Positions 39,101 through 47,892 of a stretch of DNA of 64,000 nucleotides are shown piece by piece. Position numbers and translations under genes: made by a program. Position 1 is the stretch's first letter, and each line of letters begins with the position of its first letter. This DNA is from Planctomycetota bacterium (GTDB lineage Bacteria > Planctomycetota > UBA1135 > UBA2386), in NCBI GenBank assembly GCA_965228735.1, contig OZ245838.1, positions 1,696,001-1,760,000 of the forward strand, written 5' to 3'. The notes under the pieces are model-generated. The model saw only the letters and a program-made list of their open reading frames with translations, was not told the DNA's origin and did not search any database.

Positions 39101-40045
39101 ATAGCGCACGACGACCACGCCACCGACCGCCTCGGTGCCGGCCTTGTCGAGCGCGCCTCGCCGCAGTGCCGGTCCACGGCCCACGGTCGCAATCTGCTTG
39201 ATCGTGAGCGGTACGCCTTCGGCACCGGTCACGGCGATCTTCTCGATGTCCTCGACTCCGCTGAGGAAGCCGACCCCACGAATCACGTACTCCGCGCGGT
39301 TGACCTCGATCGTCCGAGCACCGACGTCGCTGTTCGACATGCGAACAGCCGCGAACACCTGGTTGAGCGTTACGCCATGCGCCCGCATCGCATCAGGATC
39401 GACATCGATCTGATACTCGCTGACGTAGCCGCCGATGGATGCCACTTCAGCTACGCCGTCGACGCCCGCGAGGTTGTAGCGCACGTACCAATCCTGGATC
39501 GTGCGCAACTCGTGCAGGTCCCAACCGCCAGCCGGCGCCCCATCCGGCGTGCGTCCTTCCAGCGTGTACCAGAAGACCTGGCCGAGTGGCGTCGCATCCG
39601 GGCCGAGCGTCGGCTGCACTCCTTCCGGGAGGGTCCCGCGCGCCAAGCTGTTGAGCTTCTCGAGCAGTCGCGTGCGCGACCAGTAGAACTCCACGTCGTC
39701 GTCGAAGATGACGAAGATCGACGAGAACCCGAGCATGGAGCTGCTACGGATCGTCTTGACACCAGGGACCCCCAGCAGGGCGACGGTCAGAGGGTAGGTG
39801 ACTTGGTCCTCGACGTCTTGCGGCGACCGCCCAGGCCAGGATGTGAAGATGATCTGTTGGTTCTCGCCGGTATCGGGGATCGCATCCACCGGGACCGGCG
39901 ACCGCGGAACGCCCTCGATTTCCCAGTCGAACGGGGCCACCAGCACGCCCCACGAAGTGACCAGGACAAACAGCAGGCCAACGACAAGCTTGTTGTCGAG
40001 GCAGAACCGCAGGAGACGATCGAGCAAGCTCGGGCGGTCGCTCAC
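36191..40045 (-). CDS. cusA: CusA/CzcA family heavy-metal efflux RND permease
   Basis: VDAIPD, WPGRSPQDVEDQVTYPL, GPDATPLGQVFWYTL, AIAIGTMVD, RIRPCLMT; Met-rich. Confidence 0.96.
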   Translation of the reverse strand: MSDRPSLLDRLLRFCLDNKLVVGLLFVLVTSWGVLVAPFDWEIEGVPRSPVPVDAIPDTGENQQIIFTSWPGRSPQDVEDQVTYPLTVALLGVPGVKTIRSSSMLGFSSIFVIFDDDVEFYWSRTRLLEKLNSLARGTLPEGVQPTLGPDATPLGQVFWYTLEGRTPDGAPAGGWDLHELRTIQDWYVRYNLAGVDGVAEVASIGGYVSEYQIDVDPDAMRAHGVTLNQVFAAVRMSNSDVGARTIEVNRAEYVIRGVGFLSGVEDIEKIAVTGAEGVPLTIKQIATVGRGPALRRGALDKAGTEAVGGVVVVRYGANPLAVIQRVKERVEEIEAGLPRKTLDDGTISQVRVVPFYDRTGLIQETLGTLNDALRDEILVTILVVLLMIAHLRSAGLISGLLPLSVLMCFIAMKQFGVDANVVALSGIAIAIGTMVDMGVVICESILGKIRPNDTAKERKDAIQAGASEVGSAVLTAVLTTVVSFLPVFTMEGAEGKLFRPLAFTKTFALLASIVVALVIIPPVAHLLFPVGRGRTVGRARAATVLGAVVLLGWLVAWWAAAVVAALFTWREVQRRMPDGMAAALRWGVNALLAIATGVLLASTWAPLGPEQSVGNVVFTLVLVGGFLLFFRLVQWAYEPLLRWCLAHKLVFLTAPAFLCLLGATIWFGFGRVFAFVPDTISAVSRAGMSVAGWVSDTETRAMTSDELKASRAWSGLAHAFPGLGQEFMPRLDEGSFLLMPITMYHASIGEALELLQVQDRRIRAVPEVQDVVGKIGRAESALDPAPVGMVETVINYVPEYRLDARGDLMRFAYDSDQSEFVRDEAGRLVPDDDGRPFRQWRDHIRSPDDIWDEVAKAAEVPGMTTASMLQPIETRRIMLQTGMRAPFGIKVRGPDLATIERVGVDIEKLLQQVPSVNAATVSADRIVGKPYLEIEIDREAIARYGLHVRDVQDVIEVAIGGRRITTTVEGRERYPVRVRYQRELRDRIDELERILVAAKDGTQVPIGQLAEVRYKPGPQTIKSEDTFLTGYVIFDKNPGFAEVEVVEDCRRFLERKLEEGELELPAGVSYRFAGNYENQVRATERLRIVLPLALFVIFLILYLQFRRVSTTLLVFTGVFVAWSGGFLMLWLYGQDWFLSFEVLGRDVRELFQVSPINLSVAVWVGFLALFGIATDDGVLMSTYLQQSFKRRRPTNVDEIREAVVVAGKRRIRPCLMTTATTVLALLPVLTSTGKGSDVMVPMAIPSFGGMLVAVVTIFVVPVLYALVEELRLRFSASPSRSEQA

Positions 40046-41991
40046 TTGCCACCCTCCGCCCGCGTCTCACCCACCGGTCCAGCGACGGGCAAGAACTCAC
40101 TCCGCGCCTCGCCGCAGACAAGCATCGCGGCGCCGAAGTACGGATTGTGAATCGTGCCCTTCGGCTGCAGCCAGGCCGCCCCCTTGTCATCAAAGGCCAT
40201 GGGGCAATACGCCTCGATCCAGACAGCTTCGCCGACATGGCCGAACATGCGCTCCAACGCCAGCACGTCGCGCGCGAGCGCTTCAAACGCCACCCGCATG
40301 GCCACGATGTCACCGGCATCCTGCATGGCTGACAGCGCCGTGGCCAACGAGGCCCGTTCGTCCTGCCACCGCTCCCGCGCAAGCCCCGCAAGCGCTTCGT
40401 CCCTGACGCCCGGGAGAGCAGCCACGAGGGCCGCGAGTTGCACGCGAGCGGTGTCGAAGTCATCGTCGCCGAGCGCTTTGGCTACGCCGAGGTACGACTC
40501 GTAGATCGCAGCCAGTGAAGCGCGGAACACCGTGGTCTCCGATCCAGTCCACCGCTCCGCCTCACCAGCCTGCGACATCATGCTCGGCTTGGCCTGGATC
40601 TGCATCGCACTGTCGAGGCGAAACGCCCCATTCACGACTACCAGCTCATTCTCCCGGACGCCCGAGCGCACGATGTAGTCGTCGCCGGCCCGCGGACCCA
40701 GCACGACCTCGCGACCCTCGAAGGTCGGGGCGTCGCCCTTTCGGACCTGGACGTAGACGACTCCGCGCTTGCCGGTCACCAGGACAGCAGTCGAAGGCAC
40801 GAGCAAGGGCTTCGGCGCGTCCTCATCAACGGCATAGCCGAGCTGCTCCGCGGGCACGAGGTCCATACCACAGACGTCGCAGGTGCCAGGACCATCCTTC
40901 ACGACCTCGGGATGCATCGGGCTGATCCACTTGCCCGCGAGACGCGAGTCCAGGACGGTTCCTCCGTCACCGATACGGGAGCGCACGACGCCTCGCACGA
41001 ACATGCCGGGCTTGAGCCGGGCGGACTTGTTCTCGACATCGACACGAACCGCGACGGTGCGGGTCCGCTCGTCCACGACCGGCGCGAGGAACGAAATGCG
41101 CCCCTCGAACGACTCGCCCGGAAGAGCTTCGGCGAACAGCGTCACGCTCTGTCCGTATCGCAGCCAGGGCAGATCCTGCTCGTACGCCGCGAGTTGCACC
41201 CAGACCTTGCTGAGGTCGGCGATCCGATACACGGCCACGCCTTCCTTGACGTAGTCACCTTCGTTCTTGTGCTTCTCGATGACGACGCCACTGACCGGTG
41301 AGCGAATCAACATGTGATCCTCTGCCGCCCCTCTGGCCTCGACTCCGTCGACCTGCGCTTCGGTTAGCCCCCAAAGCACGAGCTTCTCGCGCGCCGCGCG
41401 ATAACTCCGCTCGCTGCTCTCCTTCAGGAAATCGCTCGTCGAATCGGTCGCCTCGTCGATCCGCTTCTTGGCTTGCAGCAGCTCCTGCTGAGCGACCAGC
41501 AAGTCCGGGCTGTACAGAGAAACCAGGTGGTCCTCCCGCTGCACGGCAATGCCTGTGTAGTCGACATAGAGCCGGTCCAGCCGACCGGCGACGCGGGCGG
41601 CAACGGATCGCACCCGCGTCTCGTCGAAGTCGATCTTGCCGACCATCCGAATCGGCATGGTTGCGAAAGACCGTCGCACCGGCTGCGTCTGGATCTGGGC
41701 GAGCTCCGCCGCCTCCGCAGACAGCTTGATCCGATTGGGCCCCGGATCGTCGCCGGGCACCTTTGGCACCAGATCCATGCCGCACTTCGGGCAAGGGACG
41801 TTGGACGGCAACACGACCTCAGGATGCATCGGGCAGGTCCAAAGCGTCGGGCTACCGCCGCCCCCGCCTGCGGGCTCAGCCGAGTCTGGACCAGGCGAGT
41901 TCGGCCACCAATCGGTGCTGACGCGGCCGACCAGAACGGCCAACAGCACGACGCCGAGCAAGGCGAGAAACAACGCGATCTGGCGAATCAT
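40042..41991 (-). CDS. cusB: CusB-family RND periplasmic adaptor with heavy-metal-binding domains and a C-terminal DUF3347-like domain
   Basis: WTCPMHPEV..CPKCGMDLVP, LYSPDL, RLKPGMF, SPMHPE..CDVCGMDL, YCPMAF..NPYFG..MLVCG. Confidence 0.93.
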   Translation of the reverse strand: MIRQIALFLALLGVVLLAVLVGRVSTDWWPNSPGPDSAEPAGGGGGSPTLWTCPMHPEVVLPSNVPCPKCGMDLVPKVPGDDPGPNRIKLSAEAAELAQIQTQPVRRSFATMPIRMVGKIDFDETRVRSVAARVAGRLDRLYVDYTGIAVQREDHLVSLYSPDLLVAQQELLQAKKRIDEATDSTSDFLKESSERSYRAAREKLVLWGLTEAQVDGVEARGAAEDHMLIRSPVSGVVIEKHKNEGDYVKEGVAVYRIADLSKVWVQLAAYEQDLPWLRYGQSVTLFAEALPGESFEGRISFLAPVVDERTRTVAVRVDVENKSARLKPGMFVRGVVRSRIGDGGTVLDSRLAGKWISPMHPEVVKDGPGTCDVCGMDLVPAEQLGYAVDEDAPKPLLVPSTAVLVTGKRGVVYVQVRKGDAPTFEGREVVLGPRAGDDYIVRSGVRENELVVVNGAFRLDSAMQIQAKPSMMSQAGEAERWTGSETTVFRASLAAIYESYLGVAKALGDDDFDTARVQLAALVAALPGVRDEALAGLARERWQDERASLATALSAMQDAGDIVAMRVAFEALARDVLALERMFGHVGEAVWIEAYCPMAFDDKGAAWLQPKGTIHNPYFGAAMLVCGEARSEFLPVAGPVGETRAEGGK

Positions 41992-43385
41992 CGACTTCCT
42001 CCGATCAGAGCTTCCAGTCTGGCGTGACTCTGATAGTGGTCGCGACACGCACGCCAGTAGGCAGTCTCGAACTGCAACAGGGCTCGCTCGCTGTCAATCA
42101 CCTCGAGCAGTGTCGAAGAACCCGCTGTGTAGGCAGCTCGCGTGACTGCAAGCGCCTCGCGAGATCTGGTCAACAGGGTGTCGCGATACAACACCACCTG
42201 GCGAGCCGCGTCCTCGAGCGCGAAAGCCGCCGCTTCGATCTCCGCCCTCAGCTTGGCGCGGTAGTCCTCGAACTCGGCCGTTGCCGCCCGAATCCCTCGC
42301 TCGGCCTCTCTCTCGGCGGCGTCGTAGCGGCCACGCCAGATGGGCAACGTGAACCCCACTCGCAAAGCCCAAGGATCATCGCCGCTTCCTCGTGTCGGCA
42401 TCAGTGCATCGTCCGTCTCGAGATAATCGACTCCGATCTGGAAGTCGGGCCACTTGTCCATGGCAGCAAGTCGGAGACGACGCTCGAACGTCTTGGCGCG
42501 CTCTGCGAGTTGGCGCAGACGCGGGCTGTTCTCGGTCGCTCGCTGCATCAGGGCGGCCGAGTCAACCGACGCGAGATCAGGTTCGCTCAGCTCGGGCAGA
42601 GGCAGGTCGGCTGCGCCCCTCCAGTTCATCGCAGCCGCGAGGCGCGAGCTCAACGACGGGCGCACACGCTCACGCGATTCGAGATCGTTCTCGACCCTGC
42701 CGATCTCGACCTGAAGGCGCAGCAGGTCGGCCTGCGTAGCTCGCCCAGCAGCGACCCGTTCTTGCAGCACGGCTTCCAGCTGCCTCAACAGCTCGAGGAC
42801 ATCGCGCGTGATCCGGATCACGTGCGACAGATAGGCGTATTCCGCGTAGTGCACGGCGACGTCGCGCTCCACCTCCAGGTGCTTCTGCACGACGACATGC
42901 CAGAGTTCTTCAGACTGCCCCCGTGCGACGTCGCTACGCAGATCGAGCTCCCCAAACCAGGGGAATGCCTGCGTAAGGGAATAGCGCCGTTGCTGCGGCC
43001 CAGTTCGCGTCTGAACCTCCTCGACGAACTGCGCGAACGTGAATTGCGGGTCGGGCAGGGACCCTGCCTGCGCCACCCGCTCAGCGCCCGCGAAGAACCG
43101 CTCGTAGGCGGCACGCAATCCCGCGTTGTGGTGCAATGCATACCGAACGTAGACAGTCAGGTCCGCCGATTGCCGCACCTGCGCCTCGGAAGGAGCAGGC
43201 GCCGCTCGACCCTCGCGGGCAAGACCGCTGCCAGAGCGATCCAGCCGTGAGCGCAGGCTCGGCGCCCTCATCGCGTCGAGGCGCGAGTCCCACAGACTCT
43301 GGTCGTAGGGCGTACCGCAGGAAGCAACGATCGCAGCTGCTGCTGCCAGACCGGCGAACCGCCGGCGGGGTTTCACGGAATTCAT
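41988..43385 (-). CDS. TolC/CusC-family outer-membrane efflux lipoprotein
   Basis: VASC lipobox, AGSLPDP, LTQAFPWFG, LPIWRGRY, LLEVIDSER; first gene of the CBA operon. Confidence 0.92.
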   Translation of the reverse strand: MNSVKPRRRFAGLAAAAAIVASCGTPYDQSLWDSRLDAMRAPSLRSRLDRSGSGLAREGRAAPAPSEAQVRQSADLTVYVRYALHHNAGLRAAYERFFAGAERVAQAGSLPDPQFTFAQFVEEVQTRTGPQQRRYSLTQAFPWFGELDLRSDVARGQSEELWHVVVQKHLEVERDVAVHYAEYAYLSHVIRITRDVLELLRQLEAVLQERVAAGRATQADLLRLQVEIGRVENDLESRERVRPSLSSRLAAAMNWRGAADLPLPELSEPDLASVDSAALMQRATENSPRLRQLAERAKTFERRLRLAAMDKWPDFQIGVDYLETDDALMPTRGSGDDPWALRVGFTLPIWRGRYDAAEREAERGIRAATAEFEDYRAKLRAEIEAAAFALEDAARQVVLYRDTLLTRSREALAVTRAAYTAGSSTLLEVIDSERALLQFETAYWRACRDHYQSHARLEALIGGSR

Positions 43386-43494
43386 GGTCAGACCTGTCGG
43401 AAGGAGCAGTTCACACCGCGTCCATCCGCGGTGCAGAATCGGCGCGAAACGCACCGACCGGCCTCGTCGTCCCGCGACGGGCCGGCTCCACCGA

Positions 43495-43944
43495 CTAGAT
43501 CAGGAAGACCTCGAACAAGACGTACAGCGGCGGTCCCGTGCACCGCTGCTGCGTTTCATGACCAGCCCCAACAGACCGGGCCGCCGGGACTGGCCATTCG
43601 AAGTCTGCGCCCGCGGTTGGGGGCGAGACGGCAAACGAGGCATCCCCGCCGTCCTTTGGATCGACGGATCTCGGTCCCTGCTCTTCGTCACCGCAGCCGC
43701 AAGGCTCGCCGTCGTCATCTCCTGCGCCCGAACCATCACTCTCGCCGTCACGTTGCTCCGTCTCGGCAACGTCGTCGCGACAGCAACTCGTCGCACCGCC
43801 ATCCTCGTCGCCGGCCTCGAGGCTGATGCAGCAACACTGGACCTCGCCAGACTTGAGCATGCAGACCCAGCTCACCGGACCAGGCAACGTCATGATCGCG
43901 ACGAGCAGCGCTAGCAGGCTCGTCACGATTCGGCGCGCAGGCAC
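43495..43944 (-). CDS. Cys-rich exported small protein ending GPPLYVLFEVFLI (DUF2946/CutF-like leader ORF)
   Basis: Hydrophobic N-terminus, CCC/CC/CGC clusters, xGPP near the C-terminus; upstream of cusCBA; GTG start inferred. Confidence 0.6.
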   Translation of the reverse strand: MPARRIVTSLLALLVAIMTLPGPVSWVCMLKSGEVQCCCISLEAGDEDGGATSCCRDDVAETEQRDGESDGSGAGDDDGEPCGCGDEEQGPRSVDPKDGGDASFAVSPPTAGADFEWPVPAARSVGAGHETQQRCTGPPLYVLFEVFLI

Positions 43945-44072
43945 GTTGCGGGCGATCAAAGGCACTCGCTGGGAGCCTAGCCCACGTAGATGGCCGTGAC
44001 AACCCGCGCCAGGTCCGAAACCGTGCCGACCCACGCCATCCGCGGCACTTCGCCGCGCGCGTTCCACAGCGC

Positions 44073-44117
44073 TTTGGGACCAAGTGGTCGGTGGTTCGCA
44101 TCCTCTCGGTCCGACCA
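44073..44117 (+). repeat. attR: degenerate copy of the tRNA-Pro 3' 45 bp
   Basis: TTTGGGACCAAGTGGTCGGTGGTTCGCATCCTCTCGGTCCGACCA vs 24636-24680; 4 mismatches. Confidence 0.92.
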
Positions 44118-44164
44118 TTCACGTCGACCGCTCCGTTTGGAGGACGCCGGTCGGGGGCCGGGCG

Positions 44165-45370
44165 TCAGGGTTTCTTCGCCGCTTCGAGTCGCATCAACTC
44201 GGCTGCCAGCACCGGGTGAAGCGTTCCCGCGCCGTAGTGCGCGCTGACCTCGAGCGCTCGTTCTACCGTCGCGCCGAGGACGTGGTAGGCGTGGCTGGCG
44301 ACCAGCGCGGCGCCGTACTCGGCGTTACCGCGCACGATCACGAATCGATCGCGGCCCTCCTTGCGACACTCGTCGTAGAACGCACCGAGGCGCTTCACCT
44401 CGGCGGTGCTCGGCAGCTGCGCTTGCCGCGGCAGGTGCAGATAGTGCCGGCCCAGGGCAGCCATCGCGCGGGCGGCCTCGGGAGCCGGCTGGGCCGACGT
44501 GTCGACGACGCCGTCCCAGTTGCGCTCCTTCACCCAGGCCAGGGTCTGCGCGTCGGCCACTTCGCCGACGACGAACCAAGGTACGGCTCTCGGGTAGCGG
44601 ACCGCGTTCGGGTCCTGGATCGGCAACGGTTCGGCCTCGTCCACCCCATCGCCATCCTTGTCGAACTCGACGCCCGCAGCCATGCCCCAGGTTCGAGACA
44701 GCGCCTCGTGCGACTGCTCGCGCATCTTGGCGAGCACCTTGTCCGCTGGATCACCGACGACGAGTGTCATGGCCGCGTAGGTGAACCGCGACATGCCTTC
44801 GGCCTCCAGGGCGCGATCGATCATGTAGTCGACACACTCCTCCAGACACGTGTCCGTCGGCACGAGCGCGACGAACTGCGCGCGTTCGAGCAGTGGTCCG
44901 GGCAGCCCGAGCCGCCCGTCGTCGCCCCGCACCGGAGTCGTGAGCATGTGCAGCGGCACGGCGGGATCGACGTCGATCTCCTTGCCGCCGGGCGCCATCT
45001 GGACGCGCGAGCCGAACTCGAAGTTCGCCTTCTCCTTGCCGCCGAACACTTGCTGGCACCACTCGGTGACGGCTTTCCCGTACTCCTCGGGATCCGCGAT
45101 CGGCAGGGGGTCGTCGAACGACAGCGCCAGAACGAGCCCGCGCTCCGGCGCGCTCCCGAGCATCTCGGCGACCGTCGTCCGCGCCGCGGCTACCCGCTGG
45201 TGAACCTCGGCCGCCGCGCTCTCGTCGCGCGCCAGGACGAAGGCCTCGTCGCTCACGAACAGACGATACTCCCGCCACCCGGTCGGCAGCTCCGGATCGG
45301 GCGGCGCCCAATCCACCGAAGTGCAGGCGGCAACGAGAACGAACAGGAAGACCGGGATCGATTCGCGCAT
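44165..45370 (-). CDS. Hypothetical lipoprotein; C-terminal domain resembles a DUF442/PTP-like fold without the catalytic motif
   Basis: LVAAC lipobox; LGRHYLHLP..PSTAEVKRL. Confidence 0.6.
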   Translation of the reverse strand: MRESIPVFLFVLVAACTSVDWAPPDPELPTGWREYRLFVSDEAFVLARDESAAAEVHQRVAAARTTVAEMLGSAPERGLVLALSFDDPLPIADPEEYGKAVTEWCQQVFGGKEKANFEFGSRVQMAPGGKEIDVDPAVPLHMLTTPVRGDDGRLGLPGPLLERAQFVALVPTDTCLEECVDYMIDRALEAEGMSRFTYAAMTLVVGDPADKVLAKMREQSHEALSRTWGMAAGVEFDKDGDGVDEAEPLPIQDPNAVRYPRAVPWFVVGEVADAQTLAWVKERNWDGVVDTSAQPAPEAARAMAALGRHYLHLPRQAQLPSTAEVKRLGAFYDECRKEGRDRFVIVRGNAEYGAALVASHAYHVLGATVERALEVSAHYGAGTLHPVLAAELMRLEAAKKP

Positions 45371-45418
45371 CGGATGAGCCGCTGACAGTCAGCCGGAACG
45401 CTACCAACACGACCGACC

Positions 45419-46600
45419 CTACCGCACCAGCGACACCCCGGGATTCGTCGCCTGCGTCCCGGTGACCGGTCCGAAGCACGCTGCCTGCCAGTGCAGGCGG
45501 AAGCCCCGCAGGCCCGGATTGTTCGGCACGGCGACGGCTCCCGTGACGGGCACGCCCTGCTGCTGCTGGCCGATCGCGACGAACACGTGCACGCTCGCGT
45601 CGAGCCAGAACGGGTCCATGAAGCCGGCGACGTTGCTCTTCACCCCGGGCAGACCGACCACGAGCACGACCAGATCCCCGACCTCGGTCTCGACCGCAGC
45701 CTGCAGGGTGCCGCCGAGTGGCGCTCCGTCAGCCACGAGCGCGGGCATCACATCGTCCGCGAGTTCCTGCGGGAGCACCATGTTCGAGCTGAACAACGTC
45801 GCGCGCGGCGAGACGCGCGACATCCCGACCGGCTGGATCGCGCTGCCGCCGAAGACCGGCTGTCCCGAGCCGGCGCTCACGATGCCGCCGCGAACCGCGC
45901 CGGCGACGACCCGCAGGCTCGCAGCATTCAACCCGATACCGTTGCCGGGCTGGTCCGCGGCGGGGCCGCCGATCCGACCATCGCCGCCTTCGATCACGGT
46001 GCTCGCCCCGGCGACCACGAGCGTCCCGTTCCGGCAGAACACGGCCGTCCGGCCGTTGCCGTTGGCCATGAGGTAGCCCTCGCCGCGAACGGTGCTGCTC
46101 TCGATCGTTGCATGGGTCGTGTCGAGCCCGACCGTGCAGAGGATCCGACTGTCGCGAATCGCGAGTTGGTCGCACCTGGTCGCGGAAATGCCGACCGCGT
46201 GGCTGAACGGCAAGGCATAGAAGCCGCCCGGGTGCGTGATCCGCTCCACCAGGACCGCGCCCGCGCAATCCGTGAGCTGCAGCAGTCGTTGGCCGCCGGT
46301 CGGAGCTGTCCAGGTCAGTTCGCGAATCGTCACGGCCTGGGCAACCGCGGTCGTATCGATCTGCACCTCGCCGGTGACTACGGCCCCGGGCTCCCCGAGG
46401 ATCGAGAGACCCTTGCCCGACATCGAGAACGCCTGGTAGTTGCCGGGCCGGACGATCAACACGGCGCCATCGGGAACGGCGGCGACGGCCGTCGGCAGAC
46501 TGGTGTAGTGCGACCCGGCCCCGCCATTCGCGTCGACGACGAACGTCTGCGCGGTGAGCGCGGCGAGGCAGAAGAACGGCGCGACGACTCGTGCAAGCAT
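45419..46600 (-). CDS. Secreted protein (beta-helix-like N-region) with the shared C-terminal domain
   Basis: Signal peptide then QTFVVDANGGAG..YTSLPTAVAA..LIVRPGNY; ends VPNNPGLRGFRLHWQA..TNP. Confidence 0.75.
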   Translation of the reverse strand: MLARVVAPFFCLAALTAQTFVVDANGGAGSHYTSLPTAVAAVPDGAVLIVRPGNYQAFSMSGKGLSILGEPGAVVTGEVQIDTTAVAQAVTIRELTWTAPTGGQRLLQLTDCAGAVLVERITHPGGFYALPFSHAVGISATRCDQLAIRDSRILCTVGLDTTHATIESSTVRGEGYLMANGNGRTAVFCRNGTLVVAGASTVIEGGDGRIGGPAADQPGNGIGLNAASLRVVAGAVRGGIVSAGSGQPVFGGSAIQPVGMSRVSPRATLFSSNMVLPQELADDVMPALVADGAPLGGTLQAAVETEVGDLVVLVVGLPGVKSNVAGFMDPFWLDASVHVFVAIGQQQQGVPVTGAVAVPNNPGLRGFRLHWQAACFGPVTGTQATNPGVSLVR

Positions 46601-46735
46601 GGTTGACCCCGGTGGGCGTGCAATTCTCCGCGGTTTCCCGAGGGTGTCAACGCGCCCAGCATCGCCGGGCACGATCGCGGTTGGCTGCGGCACAACAACG
46701 TCGACCCGCAGAGGGACGACCGTTCTGATGGCGGC

Positions 46736-47650
46736 ATGAACGACGGCCACGCCGCAGCGTTCGCGGAGCGCGCGCGCGCCTACTGGACCGACGCCGAGCT
46801 GCTCCGCGTCACGGAGGGCAAGGACCTGATGATCCTGCCGACGACCGCGCCGGTCCTGCTGCGGACGCTCGGGCTGCTGCGCCGTGATGCGTCGATGCCA
46901 CCCCCGCAGGTTCGAAAGTTCCTGCAGCTCAACCACATGCTCAGACTCCTGCGGCCGCCGCTGCTCGAGCTGATGACCCGCGATGCACCGCTCCACATCG
47001 CGGACGCCGGCTGCGGGCTCTCGTATCTGACGCTGGCGCTCGCCTGGTGTCTGCGGCACGTGTTCGAGCACGAAGCGGCCTTGCTCGGCGTCGATCGCCG
47101 GCAGGACCTCATCGAAACGTGCCGGGTCAATGCGGAACGCGCGGGACTCGACGACTGCATGACGTTCCGCGCGCAAGCCGTCGACGATGTCGAACCGTCG
47201 CACCCCATCGACGTCGTCCTGGCGCTGCATGCGTGCGACGTCGCGACCGATCACGCCATCGCGCTCGGCCTGCGCCACGGGGCATCCCTGATCGCGGTCG
47301 CCCCCTGCTGCCAGGCCGAGCTCGCGAGCGCGTGGGCCGAACTCGACGAGACCAGCGCGCCACTGCACCCGATCTGGCACACGCCACACCTGCGCCGCGA
47401 AGCGGCCGCGACCGTGACCGACACCATGCGCATGGTGCTGCTGCGGGCCTGCGGGTACGAGACGCGCGTCGTCGAGTTCGTGCCTTCGCGACACACGCCG
47501 AAGAACACGCTGATCCGCGCGATGCGACGCGGCACCCCCGATCGCGCGGCGGCCGCCGCGTATCGCGAACTCAAGGCGGCGACGGGCGGCGCCGGCATCG
47601 CGCTCGAAGCATGCCCCGAGGTCGCCGCGGTGCTCGAGCAAGCGACGTAG
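46736..47650 (+). CDS. SAM-dependent methyltransferase (Methyltransf_32-like)
   Basis: DAGCGLSYLT, ALHACDVATD, APCCQ, EFVPSRHTPKN. Confidence 0.92.
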   Translation: MNDGHAAAFAERARAYWTDAELLRVTEGKDLMILPTTAPVLLRTLGLLRRDASMPPPQVRKFLQLNHMLRLLRPPLLELMTRDAPLHIADAGCGLSYLTLALAWCLRHVFEHEAALLGVDRRQDLIETCRVNAERAGLDDCMTFRAQAVDDVEPSHPIDVVLALHACDVATDHAIALGLRHGASLIAVAPCCQAELASAWAELDETSAPLHPIWHTPHLRREAAATVTDTMRMVLLRACGYETRVVEFVPSRHTPKNTLIRAMRRGTPDRAAAAAYRELKAATGGAGIALEACPEVAAVLEQAT

Positions 47651-47892
47651 CCGCGAGCCCGTCCGGCCTCCTCACCGCAGATCGACCACGCCGAGGCCCA
47701 ACCGCACGGCACTGGGTGCGCGCTGCTCGCCGCGCCCGCCCAGGCCGTCGTGGCGGTCGCGACCGACGGCTTCGAGACGAGCACGGCGCCGCTGACGCCG
47801 AGGACGCTGCAACGCCGCGAACGGCGCGCAGGGCCGGCGACATAATCGTCAGGGTTTTGGCAACCTTCTCGCTGCATCCGTACCTTGAACGC

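Larger units (their letters stand above)
24681..44117. mobile_element. Copper-resistance genomic island integrated at tRNA-Pro, apparently immobilised
   Basis: Flanked by a 45-bp direct repeat of the tRNA 3' half (41/45 identity); cargo is copper/heavy-metal genes; only an integrase-like remnant is present. Confidence 0.85.

Noticed and set aside
44060..44120. Second tRNA-Pro gene
   Set aside because: Only the 3' 45 bp are present; no D-arm or 5' acceptor strand, and the T-loop is mutated (GTTCGCA). Interpreted as attR.
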